NCBI GenBank assembly: GCA_963664605.1
Contig: OY761536.1
Location: 231,242-295,241 of the forward strand
Source: Victivallaceae bacterium
GTDB lineage: Bacteria > Verrucomicrobiota > Lentisphaeria > Victivallales > Victivallaceae
Direction: 5' to 3'
DNA length: 64,000 bases
The notes under the pieces were generated by a model, which was not told where the DNA came from, ran no database searches, and was given only the letters and a program-made list of their open reading frames with translations. Position 1 is the first letter of the stretch. Each line of letters starts with the position of its first letter. Below, one piece after another: positions 10,101 through 18,771 of the stretch. The position numbers and the translations under genes were made by a program.

Positions 10101-10408
10101 ACGCCGACAAAAGCCGAATCACGATTGCTGACCGAATAAACATGTTCCACCCCGCTGATCTGCCATAACAGACGCTCAAGCGGAATTGTAACAAGCTGTT
10201 CGACTTCCGCCGGAGAGTGACCGGGGAATTCTACCATAACATCCACCATAGGAACAACTATCTGCGGTTCCTCTTCGCGGGGGGTCATAAAAATTGCCAT
10301 GATCCCCAGTAAAACCGCCAGGGATATAAAGATCATTGATAAGGGGCCGGTGAGAAAAACCCTGACAGTATTAATTATAAAGCCTTGATGTTTATCATTC
10401 TGATGCAT
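7178..10408 (-). CDS. Efflux RND transporter permease subunit (AcrB/CzcA superfamily)
   Basis: 1076 aa with the 12-TM and two large periplasmic loop organisation. Conserved TM4 region ALILSLGLVVDDPI. Confidence 0.9.
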   Translation of the reverse strand: MHQNDKHQGFIINTVRVFLTGPLSMIFISLAVLLGIMAIFMTPREEEPQIVVPMVDVMVEFPGHSPAEVEQLVTIPLERLLWQISGVEHVYSVSNRDSAFVGVRFYVGEDRDRAMVKVRDKIQENLQLVPQGVTNWLVNPVEIDDVPIVSLTFYSPKRDAFELRRMAEEVKARLDSLRDISLTEIVGGYRRQIRIEPNIENLAARKIGLNDIKDALAQDNSVATVGKAISSGKEINILTMPGLESAEQLRKTVITAKDDRIVRLEDVAKVIDGPEEQSNYVNIGFGPAFKGDKAERGKIYPAVTLSFSKKTGTNAVSVAQNVIESAKKLQQTILPEDVKMIVTRDYGKTADDKVNDLISSMIFAILTVVILIALTMGWREGIVVGLAVPVSFALALFVNYISGFTINRVTLFALILSLGLVVDDPITNVDNIQRHIRMGLLDPFHATLAAVKEVIPPVIMSTLAIIISFTPMFFITGMMGPYMGPMAINVPLTVTFSTVCALTFVPWLSYRLLKKKAGSNASPEGSSGSDVTPEWVKRLYAAFIKPFLKRRNAFILLGGVMILLLVSAALMLFKVPLKMLPFDNKNELQLVVEMPEGTSLEKTYNVVGELEKYLATVNEIDNYQAYVGINAPIDFNGLVRHYGMRQEANLADIRINLADKAKREQQSHSIALRIRKPVTEIAEKHNAVINIVEVPPGPPVLSTITVEVYGTPGHKYSELIKGAEAVEDRLRKTDSIHIVEINDMSETLHDRLEFRINRDKIALHGITSAQITDVLKIALNGDNTALIRRPYERTPLYAYVQIPYQDRFDAERLGRLWIKGGDNNMVQLAEIGKFIRRKSEQPIYHKNLQRVVFVTAECVGRPPGELILQTIWDTLRDDPLPEDIRAEWAGEGEWEITLRVFRDLGIAFGIAMIGIFLLLIIQTGSILMPLIIMCAIPLTIIGIAPGFYLLNLIMGSKVAGFSDPIFFTATGMIGMIALGGIVIRNSIVLIEFIQEAVKQGTPLRQAIIESGAVRFRPIMLTALTTMMGAWPITLDPIFSGLAWALIFGLIASTFFTMLVIPTIYMLVNSDKQEISK

Positions 10409-10718
10409 GTTTATCCCTCAAATCATCTTCTTTTAAAGTAATCCTCTCCCCGTCATTATCAAACAATGCAAACATTTTTTTTACGAAATCAGGGCGTACA
10501 ATATAGAAACAGCGTTTTGTCCCGACCTTACAAAAATCCAGTATATCCGCCTCGGTCAAAGCTTTCAAGTGCTGAGAAAGGTTTGGCTGCGAAACATCAA
10601 TGTTACGATTAGTCAAGGTCGCGCAGCTGGGGCCGTCAAGCAGGATGCGCAGTATCTGTAACCGGACCGGATGTCCCATTACTTTAAGAGTATTTGCTAG
10701 TTTTTCATCATCATGCAT
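10395..10718 (-). CDS. ArsR/SmtB family transcriptional regulator
   Basis: HPVRLQILRILLDG ... VSQPNLSQHLKALTEADIL winged-HTH signature. The ATG at 10718 overlaps the upstream TAA (TAATG). The gene overlaps the RND start by 14 nt. Confidence 0.85.
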   Translation of the reverse strand: MHDDEKLANTLKVMGHPVRLQILRILLDGPSCATLTNRNIDVSQPNLSQHLKALTEADILDFCKVGTKRCFYIVRPDFVKKMFALFDNDGERITLKEDDLRDKHASE

Positions 10719-11092
10719 TAAAACTGCCCCGTCCTTAGCATAACCAGAGTACATGCGTGTATAACTTTTATCCCATTAGCCGCCAATGCCGCTTCCAACT
10801 CGGAATTTTCCGATCCCGGATTAAAAATAACACGCTTCGGAGAGAGTTCTAGAATAGCATCTTTCTGAGCAGTTGAAACAGCCGGGCCAACATACATAGT
10901 CAAAGTATCAACCGGTATTTCAATTTCTCCAAGGTTCTTCATTGTGCATAGATCATGAATGCTGACTCCGGAAGGGTTTACCGGGACAACTTCATAACCG
11001 TGCTCTTTAAGCATCGCAACCGCCTGATTGGAATAACGCTCAGATTTCGGCGACGCGCCTAAAACAACTACTGTCCGGGTTTCATCTGACAT
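10718..11092 (-). CDS. CoA-binding domain protein (YccU-like)
   Basis: VVVLGASPKSERYSNQAVAMLKEHGYEVVPVNP is a typical CoA-binding Rossmann N-terminus. Confidence 0.8.
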   Translation of the reverse strand: MSDETRTVVVLGASPKSERYSNQAVAMLKEHGYEVVPVNPSGVSIHDLCTMKNLGEIEIPVDTLTMYVGPAVSTAQKDAILELSPKRVIFNPGSENSELEAALAANGIKVIHACTLVMLRTGQF

Positions 11093-11264
11093 AATTTAAA
11101 TCCTTTTTTAAATATAATATTTACATTATATAATAATATTTTTATATTCAAAAAAGTCAAATGGGAAAGCAAATTATTATAAGAGAAAAAAGTAAAATGC
11201 CGGAAAGCTTGAAGAAATCAATAGCAATCCGGCATGGTTATTAGATACGGCTGGCAAACAAGAA

Positions 11265-12710
11265 TCAAGCTTTTCCGAAAACCGGACTGCTCCATGCTAT
11301 CTCTCCCGAAAAAGTAGTTATTCTGACATAAACAAATTCATCCTTTGCCAATGCCGGAATATTCAGGGATTGTTCAAGAAAACGTGAATCCCCTTCAAAC
11401 AATAGATTTTGCGTGATATTACCATTCCTGATAATTTCGACATCTTTTAAGCCGTGTTCTGAAGCGCATTTAATATCCATTTCAAGATCATTTCCGGATT
11501 CTCTGGTATCTGCAGTCAAAAATATTCTACTACAGGTCGAGGCATAAGTATGATGTTCTTTTATAGCGTCAAAAACATTTTCCCTGGTCAGTTCCGGGAT
11601 TATTGCCGCTGTCAAACCGGAAGGATATATTACCGTAGGATGCCCGTCCAGACAATCTCCGGGGCGGCCGTCATGAATATCTCCACCGCTAACAAAGCCG
11701 AAGCGATAACCAAGTTTCAGAGCATCACGAACATGTCTGCCTTTTAACTCTCCATCACAATTTTTTATTGGAAGAATATTACCTTCATCTTCGTGACACT
11801 CACTACTTCCCCAACAAGAATACATCTCCACCGCTTTCTCATATCTCGGGTTCCAGCCCAAAGACCAGTCACAGCCCATTTTCTTATTAGCCGAGTGGTG
11901 CGGGATCAGCAAGACATCTTCACCAGTCGCCGATATCTTATCTGCCACAGCCCAAAGTTTTTCCAGAGTGTCACTGGCGGCATTACGGCTATCTACCAGA
12001 GGGCCTTTGCCTCCTCTGTAGTAGATATTTCTGTGCCCGTATTTCTGGTTCGTCCATTCCTGCCCAATCAAAGTTGCAAACCTGCCCGGTTCATTATAAT
12101 CATTGCTTACTGCCTGGAAATATTCCCACTGACGCTCAGTAACACTTTCCATGTGATCGCTAATGGCGCCAAAATCCAGAAAGGCTTCATTACGGGCAAA
12201 TCCATACAGCTCTTCAGGACTGCGAATTCCGTCGCTGAATATTGTCTGCCAATGCGGATCTCCCCAATAAATTCTTGATTCCGGTATTTTTTCCGTTACA
12301 TAAACCGGATTGGAAAGGAATTCTTTTCCAGTTCCCGGGTCAGTTATCTTGACAAAATGAAATCCAGGCTTGTTCCATGAATATCCGCAAAATTCCTTTA
12401 TCGGGCGGGTATCCCCAGGGAACACCCCTTGATTTACGCCGTCAAATTCAATTTTGTCATTACCATTCAACGCATCTCCACAATCAACATCTAAAGTACC
12501 GCACCATTCAGGCAGAGTATCATCGATATATTTTATGTCCCTGCCGGGAGCCAGATTAAACGGACTTTCCAATTTAGGTTTTTTAGTATACCAGGCAAAG
12601 TGAGAGCAGGGAATTTCCCGTGCTTTACCTTTGAGCTTTAGTTTAATCGTAAATTTTTCACCAACTCCAAGCCTTGAAGGGATTACACATAAAATTTTAG
12701 TTATAGACAT
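11265..12710 (-). CDS. DUF3604/PHP-fold-like metal-dependent hydrolase (function uncertain)
   Basis: YWGDPHWQTIFSDG ... FGAISDH ... LIPHHS ... GGDIHDG resemble PHP/DUF3604 metal-ligand blocks. Confidence 0.45.
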   Translation of the reverse strand: MSITKILCVIPSRLGVGEKFTIKLKLKGKAREIPCSHFAWYTKKPKLESPFNLAPGRDIKYIDDTLPEWCGTLDVDCGDALNGNDKIEFDGVNQGVFPGDTRPIKEFCGYSWNKPGFHFVKITDPGTGKEFLSNPVYVTEKIPESRIYWGDPHWQTIFSDGIRSPEELYGFARNEAFLDFGAISDHMESVTERQWEYFQAVSNDYNEPGRFATLIGQEWTNQKYGHRNIYYRGGKGPLVDSRNAASDTLEKLWAVADKISATGEDVLLIPHHSANKKMGCDWSLGWNPRYEKAVEMYSCWGSSECHEDEGNILPIKNCDGELKGRHVRDALKLGYRFGFVSGGDIHDGRPGDCLDGHPTVIYPSGLTAAIIPELTRENVFDAIKEHHTYASTCSRIFLTADTRESGNDLEMDIKCASEHGLKDVEIIRNGNITQNLLFEGDSRFLEQSLNIPALAKDEFVYVRITTFSGEIAWSSPVFGKA

Positions 12711-12716
12711 AAGTAA

Positions 12717-14021
12717 TTATCCCATTTTATTTAATAATTTCGTATTTTCCTCAACTAAGGCATCGTCAATGTTATCAGCGAGCAAATATGGTCCGGCGGC
12801 TTTCCCAACCCAGGTTTCATAGCCGCCGCGATGCCGGGCTTCCCGGGTCGGGAGATAAGACAGCGAACCATTCGAAACGCTGCAGCACAGGGTGTATTGA
12901 AAGGGACTTTGCTGTCTAATGCGCAATGATATCCCAGAAAACATCTCTCCAGGCATTGGAACTATTGCTATTGGCCCAATCTGCGTAATAGTCTGTGTAA
13001 AGTTACGTCCTTTCTGTGGAGCTTTCTTATGTGCTTCAATAACCGAACAAGCATGCATATATTCGCACATCGGGGTTCCGAATTCATCTTTGCGCGGCTC
13101 CCATTCGGCTTTATCAGATTCAGCTTTCTCTAACGGTTCCAAGGGTGCATAAGGTATAAATATATCTTCCACCAGAACATTTAATTTCAAATCATTACGC
13201 CACTCTTTAATTGAAATCAAAGCTCTAAGCGCATCAGTCGCAGCACGGTAACCGACTTCGCGGACGGATTCAATGCCGTCGCCAGCTCCAGCGGAAAAAC
13301 CGTTACCAAGGAGCCTGTTGGTTCGCGGCCCGACATCTCCTATTGCTCCGTTAAGAAACAGCACCGGAGCCTTGAACTGTGATTCAATGCGGTCTTTCAT
13401 TATCCCAGTCCAGTCACGGGAAACCAGACGATTAGTTCCCATTGCAGTACAGTGAGCGCCATAATGAACAATGAAGCCGGAATTGCCGTTTTTATTTTTA
13501 AATTGCATAACGGTCATTACCGGATCAAACGAACCATTCGGGTCGCCGCGGAAACAGACTTTTCCGTCTTCATTAACACTGCGGCGATTGACACCAACCA
13601 GACTTTCTGTTTCAGCGACGCCTACTTCAACTTCCTGCAAGTCTTCAAGCGCAATATCGACAGAACGGCTTATTTCCGGCAATACAGAATCGATATATTC
13701 CTGTTCTCGAGTTCCCCATCCCCAGAAATTTAAAGTATTGGGTACAGAATGGCTATGAATCGTACAGACTGAAATATGTTCCTTTGTTATTCTGGTATTC
13801 TTATTAATGCTTGAACGAATTTTTTCAACAATGTCTTCTTCAATACATATCCAGTCAAGATTGATAATAACTGTTCTAAGCTTATCCTGCTCAAGCACCA
13901 CAGTAGTTGAGTGAAGATTATCGAAAATTTCTTCTGCCGGCCTTTCCTCAACTCCATACCCGCCGAGGCGCACTCCAAGTTCAGGAGTTATATCTGTCCT
14001 GCCGAAACCTGCTTTTAACAT
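12717..14021 (-). CDS. Neutral/alkaline ceramidase-like N-terminal domain protein
   Basis: MLKAGFGRTDITPELGVRLGGYG, CTIHSHS and GAHCTAMG blocks. Located 6 nt upstream of the next gene. Confidence 0.55.
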   Translation of the reverse strand: MLKAGFGRTDITPELGVRLGGYGVEERPAEEIFDNLHSTTVVLEQDKLRTVIINLDWICIEEDIVEKIRSSINKNTRITKEHISVCTIHSHSVPNTLNFWGWGTREQEYIDSVLPEISRSVDIALEDLQEVEVGVAETESLVGVNRRSVNEDGKVCFRGDPNGSFDPVMTVMQFKNKNGNSGFIVHYGAHCTAMGTNRLVSRDWTGIMKDRIESQFKAPVLFLNGAIGDVGPRTNRLLGNGFSAGAGDGIESVREVGYRAATDALRALISIKEWRNDLKLNVLVEDIFIPYAPLEPLEKAESDKAEWEPRKDEFGTPMCEYMHACSVIEAHKKAPQKGRNFTQTITQIGPIAIVPMPGEMFSGISLRIRQQSPFQYTLCCSVSNGSLSYLPTREARHRGGYETWVGKAAGPYLLADNIDDALVEENTKLLNKMG

Positions 14022-14137
14022 TTTAGCACTCTCCGTTGATTTGATTGTATAGAAATGTATAGAAATATTATAATTGTTCCATGCTTTAAAAACAATGTAT
14101 CATTATTGCTGAAACTTTATCATTATTGCTAAAATGA

Positions 14138-15001
14138 CTATTCAATTATATTTTTACGGAGCCAGTGTGAGAATGATGACGCGCATGAAAAGCCTAACTC
14201 TTCAGCTATTTCTTTTTTGTTGTACCCGTCATTGAGCATACTCTTTACTTTAGATATTCTTATAGTGTTTATGTATTTGTGAACACTTTCACCAGTATAT
14301 TCTTTGAACAGGCGCAAAAAATGGAATTTACTATATCCAGCCAGCCTGGATAGCTTATCAATCGTCAAATTTTTTCCTGAAGTATTAACAATATGTTCTT
14401 TAATCATATCAATTGTTTGAGCTTGGTAAGTTTTTATATTTCCGGCTGCACTATCGTAGTTTAAATCACGTTCCACCAATTCCAGCATAAATAAAGAAAT
14501 TATCGAAATTAACTTCTTACGCTTCATATCATCAGATAATTTACTACTCTTGAGGGAATCCCATATTTTCTGCATCAACAAAATCAGGTTTTTGTCTTCG
14601 ATTATTAATTCGTGACCGGAATATTCAATGCGGTGATTCTTAATTCTAACGATTCGTGCAGCAACTTTTACTTTAAGGAAATGCAGCCATAAATGATCGA
14701 TATTTTCATTCATTAAAGAATACGCGCGATCGTGTTCCTCCAATTTATCAAATAGAAACAAACTTCCAGGAGAGCAAAGATAACTTGTGCCGTTTAAGCT
14801 ATTAAGCGAATTGCCTTTCAAAGCAAGCAGAATTTCTCTGTGTAGATGTCTATCCGTATTTTTCTTAAGCCATCTGTCATGCTTTTCTGAAGATGACTGA
14901 GGAACTTCCAGCGGGAGTTGCGAACAAGCAATTTTCCAGCACTTACTGTCCAGCATGACGTCTAATGACGCTTCATCAAAGATATTTCCGACAATATTCA
15001 T
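14138..15001 (-). CDS. AraC family transcriptional regulator
   Basis: C-terminal double HTH (LTIDKLSRLAGYSKFHFLRLFKEYTGESVHKYIN ... IAEELGFSCASSFSHWLRK). Confidence 0.85.
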   Translation of the reverse strand: MNIVGNIFDEASLDVMLDSKCWKIACSQLPLEVPQSSSEKHDRWLKKNTDRHLHREILLALKGNSLNSLNGTSYLCSPGSLFLFDKLEEHDRAYSLMNENIDHLWLHFLKVKVAARIVRIKNHRIEYSGHELIIEDKNLILLMQKIWDSLKSSKLSDDMKRKKLISIISLFMLELVERDLNYDSAAGNIKTYQAQTIDMIKEHIVNTSGKNLTIDKLSRLAGYSKFHFLRLFKEYTGESVHKYINTIRISKVKSMLNDGYNKKEIAEELGFSCASSFSHWLRKNIIE

Positions 15002-15129
15002 AATTATAGCAACAATGATTAACTATTAGCAATATATATTAATTGCAAAAACTCCTTTTGTCAACTAAAATCAAAATATAGTTTAAAAACTTAAAGCAAT
15101 ATAATTCAATTAAACAAAGGAGATACACT

Positions 15130-16344
15130 ATGTCAGAATTAGCTCTATTCGGAGGCTCTCCGGTATCAGAAAAAATTTGTCCGCCGCCCTGGCCGCCAGT
15201 ATCAGAAAAAACCGCTGATAAAATGCGGGAACTTTACTTGAGCCGCGCATGGTCCTTCAACAGCCAGTCAGAACAGGATTTTGAAGCAGCTTTCGCAAAA
15301 TATCATGGCGCTAAACACGGTATTTTCATGGTTAACGGCACAGTAACGCTGGAATGTGCCCTGCTTGCCGGTGGCATTGGCAAAGGCGATGAAGTTATAG
15401 TCCCGGCCCTGACCTGGATCGCTACCGCGATGGCGGTTCATTATGTAGGCGCGACTCCGGTTTTTGTTGATATTGAGCCGACAACACTATGTCTTGACCC
15501 GAAAAAAACGGAAGCCGCTATTACGCCTAAAACTAAAGCAATTATTCCGGTACATCTCTATGGTTCAATGGCGGATATTGGCAAATTCAAAACTATTGCA
15601 GATAAACATAATTTATTTCTTATAGAAGACTGTGCCCATATGCAGGGCGGTAAATGGAACGGCCGCGGTGTCGGCAGCTGGGGCGATGTCGGTTCTTTCA
15701 GTTTTCAGCAATCCAAAACGCTTTCCTGTGGCGAAGGCGGAATATGCCTGACTAATAATGACGATCTGGCAATACGCCTTTATCGCGCCAAGCATATCGG
15801 TTATGCCGGAAATGCAGCACAAGGCGCCGCCAGTGACGGGCCGCCTCCCGGACTTACCTGCCATAATTATCGCGGAACTGCCTTTGGAGCGACTATACTG
15901 AAGGATCAACTGAAAGGCTTGCCTGATCTGATTGAACGCTACAATAGGACCGCTGCTATAATCACGGAAAAAATTGCCGATATTCCAGAAATCAGAGTCC
16001 AGTCAAAAGGCCGCCTGGCATCTCCCCAGGGATATTATACCCTTGCTGTTATTTTTGATGGAAACGGAATAAAAGATGTCCCTCTGGAACGCATTATTGA
16101 AGCTTGCGCGGCTGAAGGGTTGCAGATGGGAAAAACTTACGGCCCCGTATATAAGCATTTGTTATTCAATATGGCGGATAATGAGTACCGGATTGACGGA
16201 GGCTCATGTCCGGTAGCGGAAATCATCGGCTGGGCAAGGACAGCTATGCTGGGACATCCATATTTGGGATGCAACGATGAAACTGCCGCTAGAATGGGAG
16301 ATATTATCGCTAAAGTTATAAAGAACTACAAAGAACTTTTATAA
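15130..16344 (+). CDS. DegT/DnrJ/EryC1/StrS family PLP-dependent aminotransferase
   Basis: NGTVTLECAL, IIPVHLYG and SFQQSKTLSCGEGG (PLP-lysine block). AAGGAG RBS. Confidence 0.85.
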   Translation: MSELALFGGSPVSEKICPPPWPPVSEKTADKMRELYLSRAWSFNSQSEQDFEAAFAKYHGAKHGIFMVNGTVTLECALLAGGIGKGDEVIVPALTWIATAMAVHYVGATPVFVDIEPTTLCLDPKKTEAAITPKTKAIIPVHLYGSMADIGKFKTIADKHNLFLIEDCAHMQGGKWNGRGVGSWGDVGSFSFQQSKTLSCGEGGICLTNNDDLAIRLYRAKHIGYAGNAAQGAASDGPPPGLTCHNYRGTAFGATILKDQLKGLPDLIERYNRTAAIITEKIADIPEIRVQSKGRLASPQGYYTLAVIFDGNGIKDVPLERIIEACAAEGLQMGKTYGPVYKHLLFNMADNEYRIDGGSCPVAEIIGWARTAMLGHPYLGCNDETAARMGDIIAKVIKNYKELL

Positions 16345-16353
16345 CTTCAATAA

Positions 16354-16404
16354 ATTGGTGCTTCGGCGGTTTATAACGCAATCCGAAACCGTTGAAGCGC
16401 CAAT
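16354..16404 (+). terminator. Long 3' hairpin after the DegT gene (19-bp stem, 13-nt loop, no U-tract)
   Basis: attggtgcttcggcggttt / aaaccgttgaagcgccaat. Three positions pair only as G-U on the + strand transcript. The hairpin begins 10 nt after the stop. Confidence 0.35.
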
Positions 16405-16526
16405 AAATCCTGCTGCTAAACCGGCATATCAGGCTTTATTTTATAAATAAATTTTATTGATTTTCCAAATATCAATGCTAATTTGATGCTACTGTAGAAA
16501 CCAATAGCTGTTAAGGAGTAATCATT

Positions 16527-17171
16527 ATGAAAAAGATTTTGTTTGTACTGAGCCTCGCAATTGTCTGTTCCACCGCATCATTCGGACAAAAACTTAAACC
16601 TATCAAGCTTTTAAAACCGCAGACTGACGGCGGAAAACCTTTGATGCAGGCTTTAAAAGCCAGAAAAAGCTACCGTGTTTTCAGCGACAAAAAACTGCCG
16701 CCCCAGATATTGTCTAATTTATTATGGGCGGCATTTGGTGTAAACCGTCCAGGAAAAACCGGCAAACGCACAGCGCCATCTGCATGCAACTGGCAGGAAA
16801 TTGATATCTATGCGGCATTTGCTGAAGGCCTGTTCCTCTATGATGCCAAAGAACACATTCTAAAACCGGTTTTAGCGAAAGATGTCAGGGCCGCAGCCGG
16901 ACGCCAGAAATTCACTCAACAGGCGCCATTAAACCTGATTTTTGTCGCAAATCTGTCAAAAATGGGCAGGGCTAACCAAAAAACCAAAGATTTTTATTCT
17001 GCAACCGACACCGGATTTATAAGTCAGAATGTTTATCTTTTTTGCGCTTCGGAAGGCCTGGCAACTGTTGTGCTCGGCTTTGTCGACAAAGCTCTTTTGA
17101 GCAAGGAAATGAATTTAAGAGCTGATCAGAAGATAATTTTAAGTCAGCCAGTCGGCTACCCCGGAAAATAA
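16527..17171 (+). CDS. Nitroreductase / SagB-ThcOx family protein with signal peptide
   Basis: LKARKSYRVFSDKKLPPQILSNLLWAAFGVNR and the FYSATDTGFISQNVYLF pattern. Signal-like N-terminus. Confidence 0.7.
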   Translation: MKKILFVLSLAIVCSTASFGQKLKPIKLLKPQTDGGKPLMQALKARKSYRVFSDKKLPPQILSNLLWAAFGVNRPGKTGKRTAPSACNWQEIDIYAAFAEGLFLYDAKEHILKPVLAKDVRAAAGRQKFTQQAPLNLIFVANLSKMGRANQKTKDFYSATDTGFISQNVYLFCASEGLATVVLGFVDKALLSKEMNLRADQKIILSQPVGYPGK

Positions 17172-17331
17172 TTTAAAATTCTTTATAAATTAGTGATAGA
17201 CAGGCACAAAAAAACTTTTTTCCCAATTTTTGTTGCTTTTTGCTGCTCTATGGAGTACATTAAGGGAGTAAAATTCTTTTTTGGGCAGAAAACTGCGGAT
17301 AGAATTAATAAATCAAAGCAAGAGGTACGCT

Positions 17332-17535
17332 ATGAGTACAGGTACAGTAAAGTGGTTTAATTCAGACAAAGGTTATGGATTTATCACTCCCGACGAAGGT
17401 GACAAAGATTTGTTTGTGCATCATTCAGAAATCAAGGTTTCCGGATATGCAACACTTGATGAAGGTCAGAAAGTTGAATACGAAGTTGGCGAAGGACAAA
17501 AAGGTCCATGCGCTAAAAACGTTATTCCTCAATAA
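17332..17535 (+). CDS. cspA: Cold-shock protein (CspA family)
   Basis: [34 protein letters not shown] contains the RNP1/RNP2 motifs. RBS agagg lies upstream of the ATG at 17332. Confidence 0.92.
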   Translation: MSTGTVKWFNSDKGYGFITPDEGDKDLFVHHSEIKVSGYATLDEGQKVEYEVGEGQKGPCAKNVIPQ

Positions 17536-17575
17536 ATTATATATTACTCATCAGAGTAAAATAATAGTTTTGAAA

Positions 17576-17606
17576 AGAGCAGGCTTTAATGCCTGTTCTT
17601 TTTTTT
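17576..17606 (+). terminator. Rho-independent terminator of cspA
   Basis: agagcaggc-tttaat-gcctgttct stem-loop (one G-U pair) followed by a T7-8 run. Confidence 0.75.
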
Positions 17607-17699
17607 GTTTTATTTTTTGCTTTTTTCATCCCTTAAGTTATTTTAATCCTAAAATATAAAGTTGCTTATATTAATTCTTAATTTGATGGAGAGATAATC

Positions 17700-18692
17700 A
17701 TGTTATGTGAAAAATGCGGCAGCCAGATTTCTGAAGATAAAACCCATTGCGTCAAATGTGAAAAATCTCTTGAGGCAAGGAACAGATGTTCATCTTTCGA
17801 TGGAACGAGTGAAAAACAGTTCTATACACATTCAGGTAAAATTGCACCCCAACTGGTTCTCGGAGTGCCGATTCTTCTAATTGTATTTACTTTGCTGGCA
17901 TTCACTTATGCATACACTGTGGTATATATACCGATTATCGGGTATCTAAGTTTTCTTCTGACTATAGGTTTCGCGCTTGGCGTCGGTTTTTCAACAGCCG
18001 TAGTCCTGCAGTTCTTTAAGACTCGTAACTCTATATTTGCGTTTTGTTTCGGAATGGGAGCAGGTATTATTGCACTATATGCGGCATGGGTCACTTTTGA
18101 ATATGTATTCCTGAACAAAGTTTCCGATGAAAATATTGAACTGTTTCGTATAGCCAATCCCCGGGTTACCTGGGACATAGCCTGTTTCATTGCGGAAAAA
18201 GGATGGTATTCTATCCGGAGCTTTACTCCAAAAGGCGTGGTCTTGTGGGCTTTCTGGGGCATAGAAGCCTGTATTATAATCGGAGCTCCGGCTTATATGG
18301 CACATTCCTTTATTAAAGATTCAGTATTTTGCGAATCCTGCAAAGGCTGGGCGGATGATCACAAAAACAAACTTATCTTTGAATATCTCAGCGAAAGTGA
18401 ACTGAAGCAGAAACTGACCGTTCAAGACATGAGTTTTCTGGATAGTATCCTGAAAGTAAAACGCACCGCTGAATCTTTCTATCGTATAGACTGCAGCGCC
18501 TGCTGCACCTGTGACAACCTTTATACCTTGTCGCTTCTGAGGGTAACAAGAACCTGGGATAAAGAAGGCAAGGAAACTGATAAAGAAAAATATATACTCA
18601 AAAACCTGTTCATCTGCAAAGCAACTTTCGATAGACTGAACAACGCAAAGCCGAATGTTTCCGGGGCAACTGACAACGCCGGTGAAAGTTAA
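17700..18692 (+). CDS. Zinc-ribbon membrane protein, uncharacterised
   Basis: N-terminal CxxC...CxxC (CEKCGSQ...CVKCEKS), about 5 TM helices and a C-terminal Cys-containing soluble domain (CESCKGW, CSACCTCDN). Confidence 0.5.
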   Translation: MLCEKCGSQISEDKTHCVKCEKSLEARNRCSSFDGTSEKQFYTHSGKIAPQLVLGVPILLIVFTLLAFTYAYTVVYIPIIGYLSFLLTIGFALGVGFSTAVVLQFFKTRNSIFAFCFGMGAGIIALYAAWVTFEYVFLNKVSDENIELFRIANPRVTWDIACFIAEKGWYSIRSFTPKGVVLWAFWGIEACIIIGAPAYMAHSFIKDSVFCESCKGWADDHKNKLIFEYLSESELKQKLTVQDMSFLDSILKVKRTAESFYRIDCSACCTCDNLYTLSLLRVTRTWDKEGKETDKEKYILKNLFICKATFDRLNNAKPNVSGATDNAGES

Positions 18693-18771
18693 GAATCACC
18701 CAAAAGATAAAAACAAACAGCCCTAAATTACAGGTGACTGTTCTCCAACAAATAAAATAACAGGACAAAAA

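Noticed and set aside
17375-17659. A 94-aa alternative-frame ORF overlapping cspA and running through its terminator.
   Set aside because: The CspA frame has the canonical RNP motifs, and the alternative frame crosses a rho-independent terminator.
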